DNA of 64,000 bases from an uncultured Candidatus Poseidoniales archaeon (lineage in GTDB: Archaea; Thermoplasmatota; Poseidoniia; Poseidoniales; Thalassarchaeaceae): NCBI GenBank assembly GCA_902511005.1, contig CABXDN010000006.1, forward strand, positions 7,846 through 71,845, given 5' to 3'. Position numbers and translations under genes: made by a program. Below the pieces are notes generated by a model. It was not told the DNA's origin, made no database searches, and saw nothing but the letters and a program-made list of their open reading frames with translations. Shown here piece by piece: positions 55,404-64,000 of this stretch (position 1 is the first letter of the stretch; every line of letters begins with the position of its first letter).

Positions 55404-55454
55404 TGCAGGTTATGCTGGGATAAGCCTCAAACGTTACTTATCATCCCTTTGCTT

Positions 55455-58118
55455 ATGCAGTCAACTAGTCGCAGTCTTTCTATTGGGGTTATATTACTTT
55501 TGACTATCAGTTGTTTTTCCCTATTTGCTGGTGCTCAATCTGAATCTGTTCAGAATCACCCAACGAATGATGACCCGTATATGTATATCTGGGGATCAGA
55601 AAATTTAGATGATTGTTGGACTAATTTCGATAATTTATCAGAAAGCTCAGCGCCAGAAGGATATGGTGAGATATTATTCCCGGAAGGTCAGGACGTAATT
55701 GTTGATATTTCTTGCGAACTTCAATCTGGATTTTCAGAGAATTTTATTCTGGAAATTAACGAATCAATCTCGATTAGAATGAAATTTAATATTGAATCAG
55801 GAAATTGTGGAGGTGATGAATGTGACCTTACACTAACTTTGTTAAGAGGTGACGAACAAATTTCTCAATTTACCCAACCTGCAAACTCAGTAAACAATGG
55901 AAACGATTACACTACCGGCTGGGATATCATAGTTGATGATTCTATCAGAACTTGGTCAAAAGATACTCGGACAACAATCACAGTATCTTATGCAGTTCCA
56001 GCCCAAACAAACGGTCCATGCGCAGTCCCTGATCCATTAGGTCAAGTAGATTGTTCAGGTAGTTTCAGAATGTACTATTCCGAAGAAGGAGGCGAACCGG
56101 GCGATGTTTATGTGGATTTTCCAATTTATATTTCGATTACTGACCCTGCTGCCAATATCGGAAAAACCTCTCTAGGCCCTATGTTTTTCATCATACCATT
56201 CCTAGCAGTTACTCTACTTCTGGCTTGGATAGCTTATCGTGAAGAATGGATGGCAGGAGATATATCTGAAGAAAAGGGTTCTTTTGATATCAATACTTGG
56301 GCATCTAATTCAGTAAAAAAGATTAATCCATTAATATGGGTTCCTTCATCGATTGAATTAACTAGGAATTCGTCTAAAGAATGGAGGCAAGGAGGCGATC
56401 TTACATCGAATAAAACTCGACGAATTGTTACTTTATGTATTATGTATTTCGCCCAAGGTCTCCCGTGGGGGTTCGCTAGTGTTGTATTTGCTGCATATCT
56501 TGTTGACAATGGCACTAGTGCAGCAGAAATTGCAACTTTATTCGCAACAGTTGCTTTACCTTGGACTTTCAAGTGGATTTGGGGACCTGTAGTAGACGCA
56601 GTATTTATCGAAAAGTATGGTCCACGTAGACAATGGATTCTTTTTGCTCAGACTGGAATGGCTCTGTCCTTAGGTAGTTTAATGTTTATACCCGATCTTA
56701 ATGGCCAAATTGAATTAGTGACTAGAATTCTATTCATACACAATATCTTCGCATCACTTCAAGATGTAGCAACTGACGCACTTGCAGTAGAAATTCTTCA
56801 ACCCGATGAAGTTGCTAAAGTCAATGGATTCATGTTTGCAGCTAAGAGGGGAGGAATTATTGTAGGAGGTGCTGCACTGGGTGTGCTAATAACAAAGATT
56901 GACATTACGGGCGTTATAGCTGCACAATTAGCCTTATTACTATTAATCGTCTTTATTCCTCTTACATTAAGGGAAAAACCGGGTGTTAAGTTATTCCCTT
57001 GGTCTAAGGTAGATGCAATCTTAGTCGATGTAGGAAATGATGAAGTAATTAATGATAAAGATGAAGATTCGCTTACTCCATGGGCCGATGAAGCAGAATT
57101 CCGAGTTGCTAAAAATGTAGGATACAATGTTTCAGCAACAAATGTTTCAATTACTGCTTTCTTTGTAATCATGGGTTTGTGTACATGGTTTATTGGATTT
57201 GCTGTCGATGTATTCACCATAGATTGGGAAGCAGGCGCAATTTTTAGTTCATTTACTTCTCCAATTGCTTACGGTTCTCTAGGATTGGCATTATTATTAT
57301 TCTTGATACAATTAGTATTGAAAAATTCAGATGATGAAAGTAAGTTACCGGAGATACCTAATCCATTTTCGGTCTTATCGGCAAATAGTAGAAATACAGT
57401 TGCAAGAACTTCTTTCTATCTTGTTAAAGCATTCTCTATAAAATCTGCTTTATTATTAATTGGACTTTGTCTTCTATCCGAGTTATATGTTTTCGTCATT
57501 CCAATAACGTTTGATATTTTCGTCAATGATGCCGGCTGGTCCCCTGCTAAATATAGTGGAATTGTTGGGGGGATAGTTGTTTTTGGTGGTATGTTTGGTC
57601 AGATTTTCGGAGGTCTTTTGGGAGATCGATATGGAACAAGAAGAGTTGCAATGGTAGGGTTCTTAGGTCTTGCACTTGCAAATGCTACTTTGGCTTTCCT
57701 CGAACCATTGTGGACTAGAACTACCCTGATGACAATTTTCCTTATTGTCCAGGCATTTATAGCAGGAATTGCATGGATTTGTATTATTTCATTAAGTATG
57801 AGGCTTACCTGGAGTAAGGTTGGAGGGACTCAATTTACTGCATATATGTCATTATTCAATTTATCTGGTGTAATTGCTTATGGCTTAACTGCAAGAATGA
57901 TTAGTATATTTGATTACTCTTCAGCTATATATTTAGGCGCTGTATTGACAATGATTACTGTTATAATGTTAATTTTTATTGATGAAAATGAGACTGACAG
58001 AGTCCTCGAGGGGCGGATTCAAGATGATGAAGAATGGGTAGAAGAAGATCCAGATACTGACCTAGGTGAACGGCCAGAATGGTGGACTCCTGAAGACCTT
58101 GAACCATCTACCTCGTAA
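55455..58118 (+). CDS. AmpG/SLC33-like MFS permease fused to a roughly 240-aa N-terminal extracytoplasmic domain
   Basis: Signal-like N-terminus, soluble domain and a TM helix, then YFAQGLPWGFASV...LPWTFKWIWGPVVDA (AmpG-family motif) and about 12 or more further helices. The ORF track starts at TTG 55449, but ATG 55455 is preferred. Confidence 0.65.
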   Translation: MQSTSRSLSIGVILLLTISCFSLFAGAQSESVQNHPTNDDPYMYIWGSENLDDCWTNFDNLSESSAPEGYGEILFPEGQDVIVDISCELQSGFSENFILEINESISIRMKFNIESGNCGGDECDLTLTLLRGDEQISQFTQPANSVNNGNDYTTGWDIIVDDSIRTWSKDTRTTITVSYAVPAQTNGPCAVPDPLGQVDCSGSFRMYYSEEGGEPGDVYVDFPIYISITDPAANIGKTSLGPMFFIIPFLAVTLLLAWIAYREEWMAGDISEEKGSFDINTWASNSVKKINPLIWVPSSIELTRNSSKEWRQGGDLTSNKTRRIVTLCIMYFAQGLPWGFASVVFAAYLVDNGTSAAEIATLFATVALPWTFKWIWGPVVDAVFIEKYGPRRQWILFAQTGMALSLGSLMFIPDLNGQIELVTRILFIHNIFASLQDVATDALAVEILQPDEVAKVNGFMFAAKRGGIIVGGAALGVLITKIDITGVIAAQLALLLLIVFIPLTLREKPGVKLFPWSKVDAILVDVGNDEVINDKDEDSLTPWADEAEFRVAKNVGYNVSATNVSITAFFVIMGLCTWFIGFAVDVFTIDWEAGAIFSSFTSPIAYGSLGLALLLFLIQLVLKNSDDESKLPEIPNPFSVLSANSRNTVARTSFYLVKAFSIKSALLLIGLCLLSELYVFVIPITFDIFVNDAGWSPAKYSGIVGGIVVFGGMFGQIFGGLLGDRYGTRRVAMVGFLGLALANATLAFLEPLWTRTTLMTIFLIVQAFIAGIAWICIISLSMRLTWSKVGGTQFTAYMSLFNLSGVIAYGLTARMISIFDYSSAIYLGAVLTMITVIMLIFIDENETDRVLEGRIQDDEEWVEEDPDTDLGERPEWWTPEDLEPSTS

Positions 58119-58196
58119 GTTTCATTGTTAAGAATAGCCAAATATCCTCAGGTTCATTAGTCCTTGTCTATTACGACTATTACGGGATGTGTAGTC

Positions 58197-58463
58197 ATGG
58201 ATAGATTTTCAGAGATATTAGAAGAATGCAATACTGATTTTTTACTTTTTACACAAACAATATGTGGTTACTGTAATCGAGCGAAGAATGTTTTAAAATC
58301 TAAGAATCTGACATTTTCTGAAGTGAATTTTGATCATGAAGATAATCTTCGTTCAGAAGTTGTCGGAGTCACAGGTCATCGAACAGTTCCTATTTGTTTT
58401 GATATGAGGGGCGAGAAACCAATTTTTGTAGGTGGTTCCGATCATCTAATTGATTATCTATGA
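58197..58463 (+). CDS. glutaredoxin-like protein
   Basis: CGYC redox motif, cis-Pro context RTVPICF and GGSDHL. In-frame ATG at 58197 is preferred over the listed TTG at 58164. Confidence 0.6.
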   Translation: MDRFSEILEECNTDFLLFTQTICGYCNRAKNVLKSKNLTFSEVNFDHEDNLRSEVVGVTGHRTVPICFDMRGEKPIFVGGSDHLIDYL

Positions 58464-59059
58464 ATCGAATTAGCCATATTTTGTATTTCCTGTCTTAATT
58501 CATCTAATTGGTTTAGATTAACCATATGACCCTTTTCATGTTGTAGTTTTGTAACTTCCCAATCAGCTTCTTCGAAGATTTCTATATGCTCTATTCCTTG
58601 TTTTAATGGAACAAGATGGTCACGAGAACCATGCATCCACACTACTTTCCTTGTTTTGATAAATGGTATTATTTCTCTAAGTTTATCCGGTCTAACAGTT
58701 TTAGTCCCAAGTAGTACTAACCCAACTATTCTTGTCTGTATATCATATTCAAGCATGGCTGAGGCAATAGCAGCACCTTGAGAAAATCCTCCTATTATTA
58801 TAGGGCCATCTGGAATCTCAGAGATAACTCTTGAAATTGATTCACTAACTTGCGATAATGATTCATCATCAAGTGGTTCAGTAGGATTATCTGAACGTAA
58901 CCACCAAGCATATCCTCCTCTGGTTGGATGAGGTATTTTTGCTTCCGGACAAATGATATTCCAACCGTCTGGGACTAATTGATTAGCCAGTGGCTGCATC
59001 TTTGCAGAAGTTCCAGTCATCCCATGCATCATTACAAACGTACCTGACATGAATATCAT
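58454..59059 (-). CDS. alpha/beta hydrolase (phospholipase/carboxylesterase family)
   Basis: Nucleophile elbow GFSQGAA. Conserved late Asp (GSRDHLVP) and His (EKGHMV). Confidence 0.65.
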   Translation of the reverse strand: MIFMSGTFVMMHGMTGTSAKMQPLANQLVPDGWNIICPEAKIPHPTRGGYAWWLRSDNPTEPLDDESLSQVSESISRVISEIPDGPIIIGGFSQGAAIASAMLEYDIQTRIVGLVLLGTKTVRPDKLREIIPFIKTRKVVWMHGSRDHLVPLKQGIEHIEIFEEADWEVTKLQHEKGHMVNLNQLDELRQEIQNMANSIHR

Positions 59060-60028
59060 CTAAAGATTCCAAGAATAAGTAATTCCACCTGCTAATAAAA
59101 TTCGTAGATGTGTATCTCCGGTGAAGGTTACAGTAAGCGTATAATCTTCACTTGGATATGGTATTGTTCCTAGGGTACCAGTTTCTTCTGCTCCTGGCCC
59201 CCAAAAGCGTTCAAGAGCAGAAACTGAAAAATGATCTCTTAAGGTTAGAGAAATTGTTGACCCTCCTCCACAAGATGCATCAAGAAAATATATCATTTCA
59301 TCCCATTCGCCGTCTTTGGGGTGATCATTAACGAGAAAAGTATCTACAAATTCTGCATCTGGTCCACTGTTATACCAGCTATTACTGTATAAATCGCCTC
59401 CTCTTACAAAATATACATCGCCTGTATGCCCAACTCCTTGGTCAGCATTTTTCATTTTCAATTGAATAATGCCTTCCGAATCAGTCCATATGAATGAAGA
59501 AAAGAAAGCAAGATTCCCATCGAATATATAGTCTATTGAAGAGCCATCATTTGCCGTTGCTCTTATTGATGCAATCGATGAATCAATTGAACTAACTACT
59601 GCATTCCATTCGTTACCGAATAGGTCAAAACTCCATGCTTTATTTTTTGTCAATGGGAAGTCAAGTACTGGCTGAGCTATACCATTCTCAAATGGGCTTA
59701 GTTGGTCATGAGTAATTCTTCCAAGAAATGGATTATGATTCAAAACAGCATGTCTTCTCGCTTCTCCAATACTTGAAATTGCAAGCATATATGCAGTTCC
59801 ATCTTCTTCAATATCAGTTGTTGCTACAACTAACTTTGTAGTATCATCACTGTAATCGGGAGTAGAAAATGTATACAACCAGTAGTCTCCAATTTCCCAA
59901 CTCGGTACTAGAATTTCTTCATTCGCAGAACTACCTGTTATTCCGCTGGTTATACTGCTACAGCCAGATAACGGCATAATCAGTATTATCATTATCATAC
60001 CAAATGTCGTGACCTTCGTCATGTCCAC
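59060..60028 (-). CDS. lipoprotein of unknown function
   Basis: Lipobox PLSGC and a beta-rich body. The gene abuts the downstream hydrolase gene with no gap. Confidence 0.5.
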   Translation of the reverse strand: MDMTKVTTFGMIMIILIMPLSGCSSITSGITGSSANEEILVPSWEIGDYWLYTFSTPDYSDDTTKLVVATTDIEEDGTAYMLAISSIGEARRHAVLNHNPFLGRITHDQLSPFENGIAQPVLDFPLTKNKAWSFDLFGNEWNAVVSSIDSSIASIRATANDGSSIDYIFDGNLAFFSSFIWTDSEGIIQLKMKNADQGVGHTGDVYFVRGGDLYSNSWYNSGPDAEFVDTFLVNDHPKDGEWDEMIYFLDASCGGGSTISLTLRDHFSVSALERFWGPGAEETGTLGTIPYPSEDYTLTVTFTGDTHLRILLAGGITYSWNL

Positions 60029-60068
60029 TCCTCCTATGTTCTGGTCAAGAGGCTAACGGTGTTTTGTT

Positions 60069-62150
60069 TCAGAGGATTCCATTCTGAGTTAATTCACCAG
60101 TTCCTGCTAGTACAACCGCAACTATTGACATTAACTTGATTAGAATATTCAATGAAGGTCCTGATGTATCTTTGAAAGGATCTCCAATTGTATCTCCAAT
60201 GACTGCAGCGTCGTGTGCAGCATCTCCTTTAGCAGCACCTTCAATATGTCCTTGTTCAATTGCTTTCTTTGCATTATCCCAAGCACCACCTGCGTTAGCC
60301 ATGAATAGTGCCATCAGTACTCCAGTTACTAGTGAACCGGCTAAGAGACCACCAAGTGCGTCCCATCCTAGGGTCATGCCTACGATTACAGGGGCAGAAA
60401 CAGCGACAATACCTGGTCCAACCATTTCTCTTAATGCAGCCTGAGTTGAAATATCTACGCACTTCTTCGAATCAGGTTTTACTCCTTCTTTTCCTTCTAA
60501 GAGTCCTGGTATTTCCTTGAATTGTCTTCTAATCTCTAGAACCATTTCTCCTGCAGCTTTTCCTACTGATGTCATTGTCATAGCTGCAACTACGAATGGT
60601 AATCCTCCTCCTATTAGAAGTCCTACAACTACCATTGGATTTGTTAATGTAAGATCAAGTGTGCTACCATCTGCAGTAATTGCAGCAGTATATGCTGCGA
60701 ATAATGCAAGTGCTGTTAATGCCGCTGAACCTATTGCAAATCCTTTACCTACTGCTGCTGTAGTATTTCCAATTGAATCAAGTTCGTCAGTTATTGCACG
60801 AACATCCTTTCCAAGAGCGCTCATCTCTGCAATTCCTCCAGCATTGTCAGCAACTGGTCCATATGCGTCTACAGTCATTGTTACTCCAACAGTCGCTAGC
60901 ATTCCCATAGCAGCCATTGCGATACAGTAGAGTCCATATTCCTCTCCACCGAAGTAGTTTGCTCCAAGAATACCAGCTGATATCAAGAGAATAGGTATGA
61001 AAGTTGACATCATACCTACTGAAAGACCAGCAATCGCATTTGTTGCTGGGCCTGTTTTTGACATTTCTCCAATATGTGGTATAGCTTTAGTTTTGATTCC
61101 AAAAACTGGTTCAATGCCAGTGTAGTATTCAGTAACCAGTCCAATCATAATTCCTACGATACTTCCTAACACTACTGAATGCATCACTCCCATATCTACA
61201 CTAATTAACTCTTGATTAATCGACAGGTAACCGCCTACCCAGAATAAAATAGCAGCAATGAATGTAGTATTTCTCAATGCAGCAGCAGCGTCAGATCCAT
61301 TTTTTAGGAAAGTCATTGAGAATACACCTATGATGGATGCTACATAGCCAATTAATCCAAGCATAATAGGCATCATTACATAATCAACGCCCATATCTTG
61401 GGAATTACTTGCAATTATCATAGCTGCAATTATAGATCCTACGAATGACTCAAAGATATCTGCCCCCATTCCAGCAACATCGCCAACATTGTCTCCAACA
61501 TTGTCTGCAATAACTCCTGGATTTCTAGGGTCATCTTCAGGGATACCTGCTTCCACCTTACCAACTAAGTCTGCTCCAACATCTGCGGCTTTGGTGTATA
61601 TTCCACCTCCAACACGTGCGAAAAGTGCTATTGATGAAGCACCCATACCAAAACCTGCCGCAGCAGAAAGGTTACTGTCTACATCATCAGCACCGAGCCA
61701 GAACGCAATTAATGAGATACCAAGTAAACCTAGTCCTCCTACTGAAAGACCCATTACTGCGCCTCCATTATATGAAACTGACAAAGCTCCAGCTTGACCT
61801 TCATTTTTTGCAGCCATTGCCGTTCTTCCATTTGCTGAAGTAGCAGCTCTCATTCCTGAGAATCCTGCCATTACAGATGCGATAGCACCAGCAAAGAATG
61901 CTACTGAAGTCTCAGTATCATTAACCAATGCTAGTATTACACCTACCAAAACAACAAATACGCTCAATACTCTATATTCAGCGTAAAGAAAAGCCATAGC
62001 TCCCTCTTGAATCTCTTCAGTTATATCTGCTACAACTTCATTATCTATCTCTACACTATTCACTTTTCTGTATAATACAAATGCAATTAACAGACCTAAA
62101 AGACCTGCTCCTGCTGCAATTAACGGTATATCATCTAACATGGTGTTCAC
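60069..62150 (-). CDS. hppA: membrane-integral pyrophosphatase (K+-dependent type by motif)
   Basis: [58 protein letters not shown] and [23 protein letters not shown]. Confidence 0.95.
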   Translation of the reverse strand: MNTMLDDIPLIAAGAGLLGLLIAFVLYRKVNSVEIDNEVVADITEEIQEGAMAFLYAEYRVLSVFVVLVGVILALVNDTETSVAFFAGAIASVMAGFSGMRAATSANGRTAMAAKNEGQAGALSVSYNGGAVMGLSVGGLGLLGISLIAFWLGADDVDSNLSAAAGFGMGASSIALFARVGGGIYTKAADVGADLVGKVEAGIPEDDPRNPGVIADNVGDNVGDVAGMGADIFESFVGSIIAAMIIASNSQDMGVDYVMMPIMLGLIGYVASIIGVFSMTFLKNGSDAAAALRNTTFIAAILFWVGGYLSINQELISVDMGVMHSVVLGSIVGIMIGLVTEYYTGIEPVFGIKTKAIPHIGEMSKTGPATNAIAGLSVGMMSTFIPILLISAGILGANYFGGEEYGLYCIAMAAMGMLATVGVTMTVDAYGPVADNAGGIAEMSALGKDVRAITDELDSIGNTTAAVGKGFAIGSAALTALALFAAYTAAITADGSTLDLTLTNPMVVVGLLIGGGLPFVVAAMTMTSVGKAAGEMVLEIRRQFKEIPGLLEGKEGVKPDSKKCVDISTQAALREMVGPGIVAVSAPVIVGMTLGWDALGGLLAGSLVTGVLMALFMANAGGAWDNAKKAIEQGHIEGAAKGDAAHDAAVIGDTIGDPFKDTSGPSLNILIKLMSIVAVVLAGTGELTQNGIL

Positions 62151-62219
62151 CTTTGTGACCCGCCGACCAAAGAGTTACTTATAATCAGAATCCCAATAAA
62201 CGCCCTCTAGATAAGTGGC

Positions 62220-63143
62220 TCAGGATGATTTCTCTAAGACGATTTTAGCGAAAGATGACAATATTCCTGCGCCATCATGTTCTCCTCTAAATGAATTATA
62301 TTCTTCCTCAGAGATATGACCCCAGCCATATGCACGTTCAATTCGTTTCCTGGCCGCCTCAGGGTGAAATTGAATTCCCCATGCAGGTAATGGTTTACCA
62401 GATTCATTGTTAACTCTCACAGCAGTCACTAAATTATGCGATGTTTTACTCAATAAAGTACAATTTTCAGGTATCGAAGCCACATGATCTTGATGACTAA
62501 ATAATCCTGATATTTCTTCATCATTTTGTTTATGTGAAGTGAGTAAAATATCAGTTTTTCCATCCACTGTTAGTTCTAAACTCCAGATTCCACTCGATAA
62601 TTCATCTGCCCGCTCAACATCTGAACCTAGCGAATGACAGAGCAACTGATGTCCAAAGCAAATACCTAATGTGGGCGTACCTGATTTTGCAGCGGCTCTA
62701 AACATAGTTTCAGTAGGCCCCATCCATTTTTCCCAAATACTGACATTTTTTCTAGAACCTGAGCAAACTACAGCATCGATTTTTAAGTTATTCAGCCAAT
62801 CATTCATTTTACTTTCATTTTCATGCATAGGCATAACAATTCTCTGAAAATTTATTTTTCTTCCTTCTAGAATTTCTTCAGTTTGGCTCCAAAATTCATA
62901 TTCATTATCCCAATGTGGAACGTCATTAATTTCTAGCTTAACTTCTGTTTCTATCTTATGCCCAGCATCAAAAGATTGCATCTGTGGTGTAATTAGTAGG
63001 ACTTCTACATCAGATAATGCAGCAATTGGCTTAATCACCTCCTGATTTCCTCCGTGGCCAAACTCTGCTCTTTCAACTAATAAATCAATCATTAGGACTC
63101 TAGAAGTAGCACTCATGTGTAGTTGAAAGAGCCTCAGGTTCAT
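62220..63143 (-). CDS. class I glutamine amidotransferase-like protein with N-terminal extension
   Basis: Nucleophile context LGICFGHQLL and the His/Glu pair in IQFHPE. Confidence 0.7.
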   Translation of the reverse strand: MNLRLFQLHMSATSRVLMIDLLVERAEFGHGGNQEVIKPIAALSDVEVLLITPQMQSFDAGHKIETEVKLEINDVPHWDNEYEFWSQTEEILEGRKINFQRIVMPMHENESKMNDWLNNLKIDAVVCSGSRKNVSIWEKWMGPTETMFRAAAKSGTPTLGICFGHQLLCHSLGSDVERADELSSGIWSLELTVDGKTDILLTSHKQNDEEISGLFSHQDHVASIPENCTLLSKTSHNLVTAVRVNNESGKPLPAWGIQFHPEAARKRIERAYGWGHISEEEYNSFRGEHDGAGILSSFAKIVLEKSS

Positions 63144-63184
63144 TAGTCCTCGGCCAGTAGGCTCAGGTAGAAGGGTGTGTAGAC

Positions 63185-63460
63185 ATGGTTGATGAACAGT
63201 TAATTCTAGATTCAGTAGGGCCTGTCCAAGCTATCCTCGACGCTCACGATGGTGTAGTTAATGTTGTAGATACAACTGATGGAATAATTATGATTTCTCT
63301 AGAGGGTGGCTGCACTGGTTGTAGTTCAACCCCTATGACTGCTATGCAAATTTATTATTCTCTCATGAAACTTGATGATGTAAATGATGTTATTTTCGTT
63401 AATGGAGAATTACCCGCATATATGCGGGCTTTTATTGACGAGAAGCTCGGTCAGCAGTAA
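63185..63460 (+). CDS. NifU C-terminal (Nfu)-like Fe-S scaffold/carrier protein
   Basis: LEGGCTGCSSTPMT CxxC motif in a roughly 90-aa protein. Confidence 0.65.
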   Translation: MVDEQLILDSVGPVQAILDAHDGVVNVVDTTDGIIMISLEGGCTGCSSTPMTAMQIYYSLMKLDDVNDVIFVNGELPAYMRAFIDEKLGQQ

Positions 63461-63817
63461 TCATTCGTCCCTCTCTGCGGCTCTCATTTTCATTATCTGG
63501 TGCGGATTTGATTCACCTTGAACATCTCTTCCTTTGATATTTAGCATTCCAGTTACAGCCACAATGATTGCAGTAACTGCCAGTGGTCTTGCTACAGTTG
63601 TAGATCCCCAAAGTTCTCCTCCTAAATAATGTAAAGAAAAAAGCATAATAGCCGAAATAATACAAAGTGAAGCCACAGCCTTTTGCGTGATAATTTCTCC
63701 TTTCTCAAATCTTGCTAAAGTACCAATTGCCATCCATAAAATAGTTGCAAAACCACAAAGTGTGATAGATGCGGATTCTAACAATGAAACTAACTCCATA
63801 ATTGATGCTAGGGGCAT
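63461..63817 (-). CDS. small integral membrane protein (4 predicted helices)
   Basis: Hydrophobic profile only. Confidence 0.4.
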   Translation of the reverse strand: MPLASIMELVSLLESASITLCGFATILWMAIGTLARFEKGEIITQKAVASLCIISAIMLFSLHYLGGELWGSTTVARPLAVTAIIVAVTGMLNIKGRDVQGESNPHQIMKMRAAERDE

Positions 63818-63827
63818 TCATTTGTTT

Positions 63828-64000
63828 ATGTTGGGGAACGTCAATCCTAATCTCAATGGTATGGTTCAAGACCTGTGGCTAGTTCATGCAAGCATGGCGA
63901 AGGTGGGTGGCTGGACTCTTCCTAAATCTCGAAGGCAACAAGCACCTTACGTCAGTAAGACTCAACTTGTTGATGTTTTAGAACAAATCGCAATATTATT
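63828..64000 (+). CDS. partial ORF running off the window end (N-terminal 57 codons)
   Basis: ATG at 63828 and a frame open to nt 64000. Too short to appear in the ORF track. No family recognised. Confidence 0.3.
   Translation, partial: MLGNVNPNLNGMVQDLWLVHASMAKVGGWTLPKSRRQQAPYVSKTQLVDVLEQIAIL

Noticed and set aside
60136-60930. Several + strand ORFs (60136..60444, 60308..60520, 60517..60930)
   Set aside because: All are antisense to the strongly supported pyrophosphatase gene. The products are Ala/Pro/Ser-rich shadow translations.
1-64000. Search for mobile elements, CRISPR arrays, rRNA and prophage or defence-island signatures
   Set aside because: I recognised no transposase, integrase, Cas, restriction-modification or toxin-antitoxin motifs in any listed ORF, and no long terminal or direct repeats flanking the iron island. 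Its accessory nature is inferred from content only.

Overview
AT-rich, densely coding 64-kb window with about 54 protein genes and one tRNA-Leu. I saw no rRNA, CRISPR array, transposase or integrase. Gene content is archaeal: ADH synthase plus DHQ synthase II (the archaeal shikimate route), a GHMP-type shikimate kinase, CTP-type FAD synthetase RibL, a Gar1-like protein and an HTH_10 regulator. It is mixed with bacterial-type genes: gpsA, eubacterial riboflavin synthase, an AmpG-like MFS permease and a MacB/FtsX-type ABC transporter. That mix suggests a marine planktonic euryarchaeon of the Marine Group II / Poseidoniales type; this is inference, not computed. Ordinary blocks include ahcY, aroA'-aroB'-shikimate kinase-aroC, ribH-ribE-ribL-ribB, trxB, hppA, xth, acyl-CoA dehydrogenase and a CaCA exchanger. 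The best candidate for a new system is an accessory island at about 8.6-17.0 kb. It encodes a bilobal and a monolobal protein whose motifs match eukaryotic transferrin, including the Asp/Tyr/Tyr/His iron ligands and the anion-binding Thr. These sit with a PhnC/PhnE-type ABC importer whose ATPase carries a hydrophobic insertion, a lipoprotein with six Cys/His repeats, and a PQQ-type dehydrogenase. Four copies of a TTTAGG-N4-CCTAAA palindrome resembling a DtxR/IdeR iron box lie at the promoters. Other notable items are a Gar1-like protein fused to two RanBP2-type zinc fingers and RGRDNN repeats, a fused E1 alpha-beta 2-oxoacid dehydrogenase with an N-terminal zinc ribbon, a MoxR-DUF58 module, and a molybdenum hydroxylase cluster interleaved with subtilases. 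All family assignments come from motif recognition by eye, since no searches could be run.
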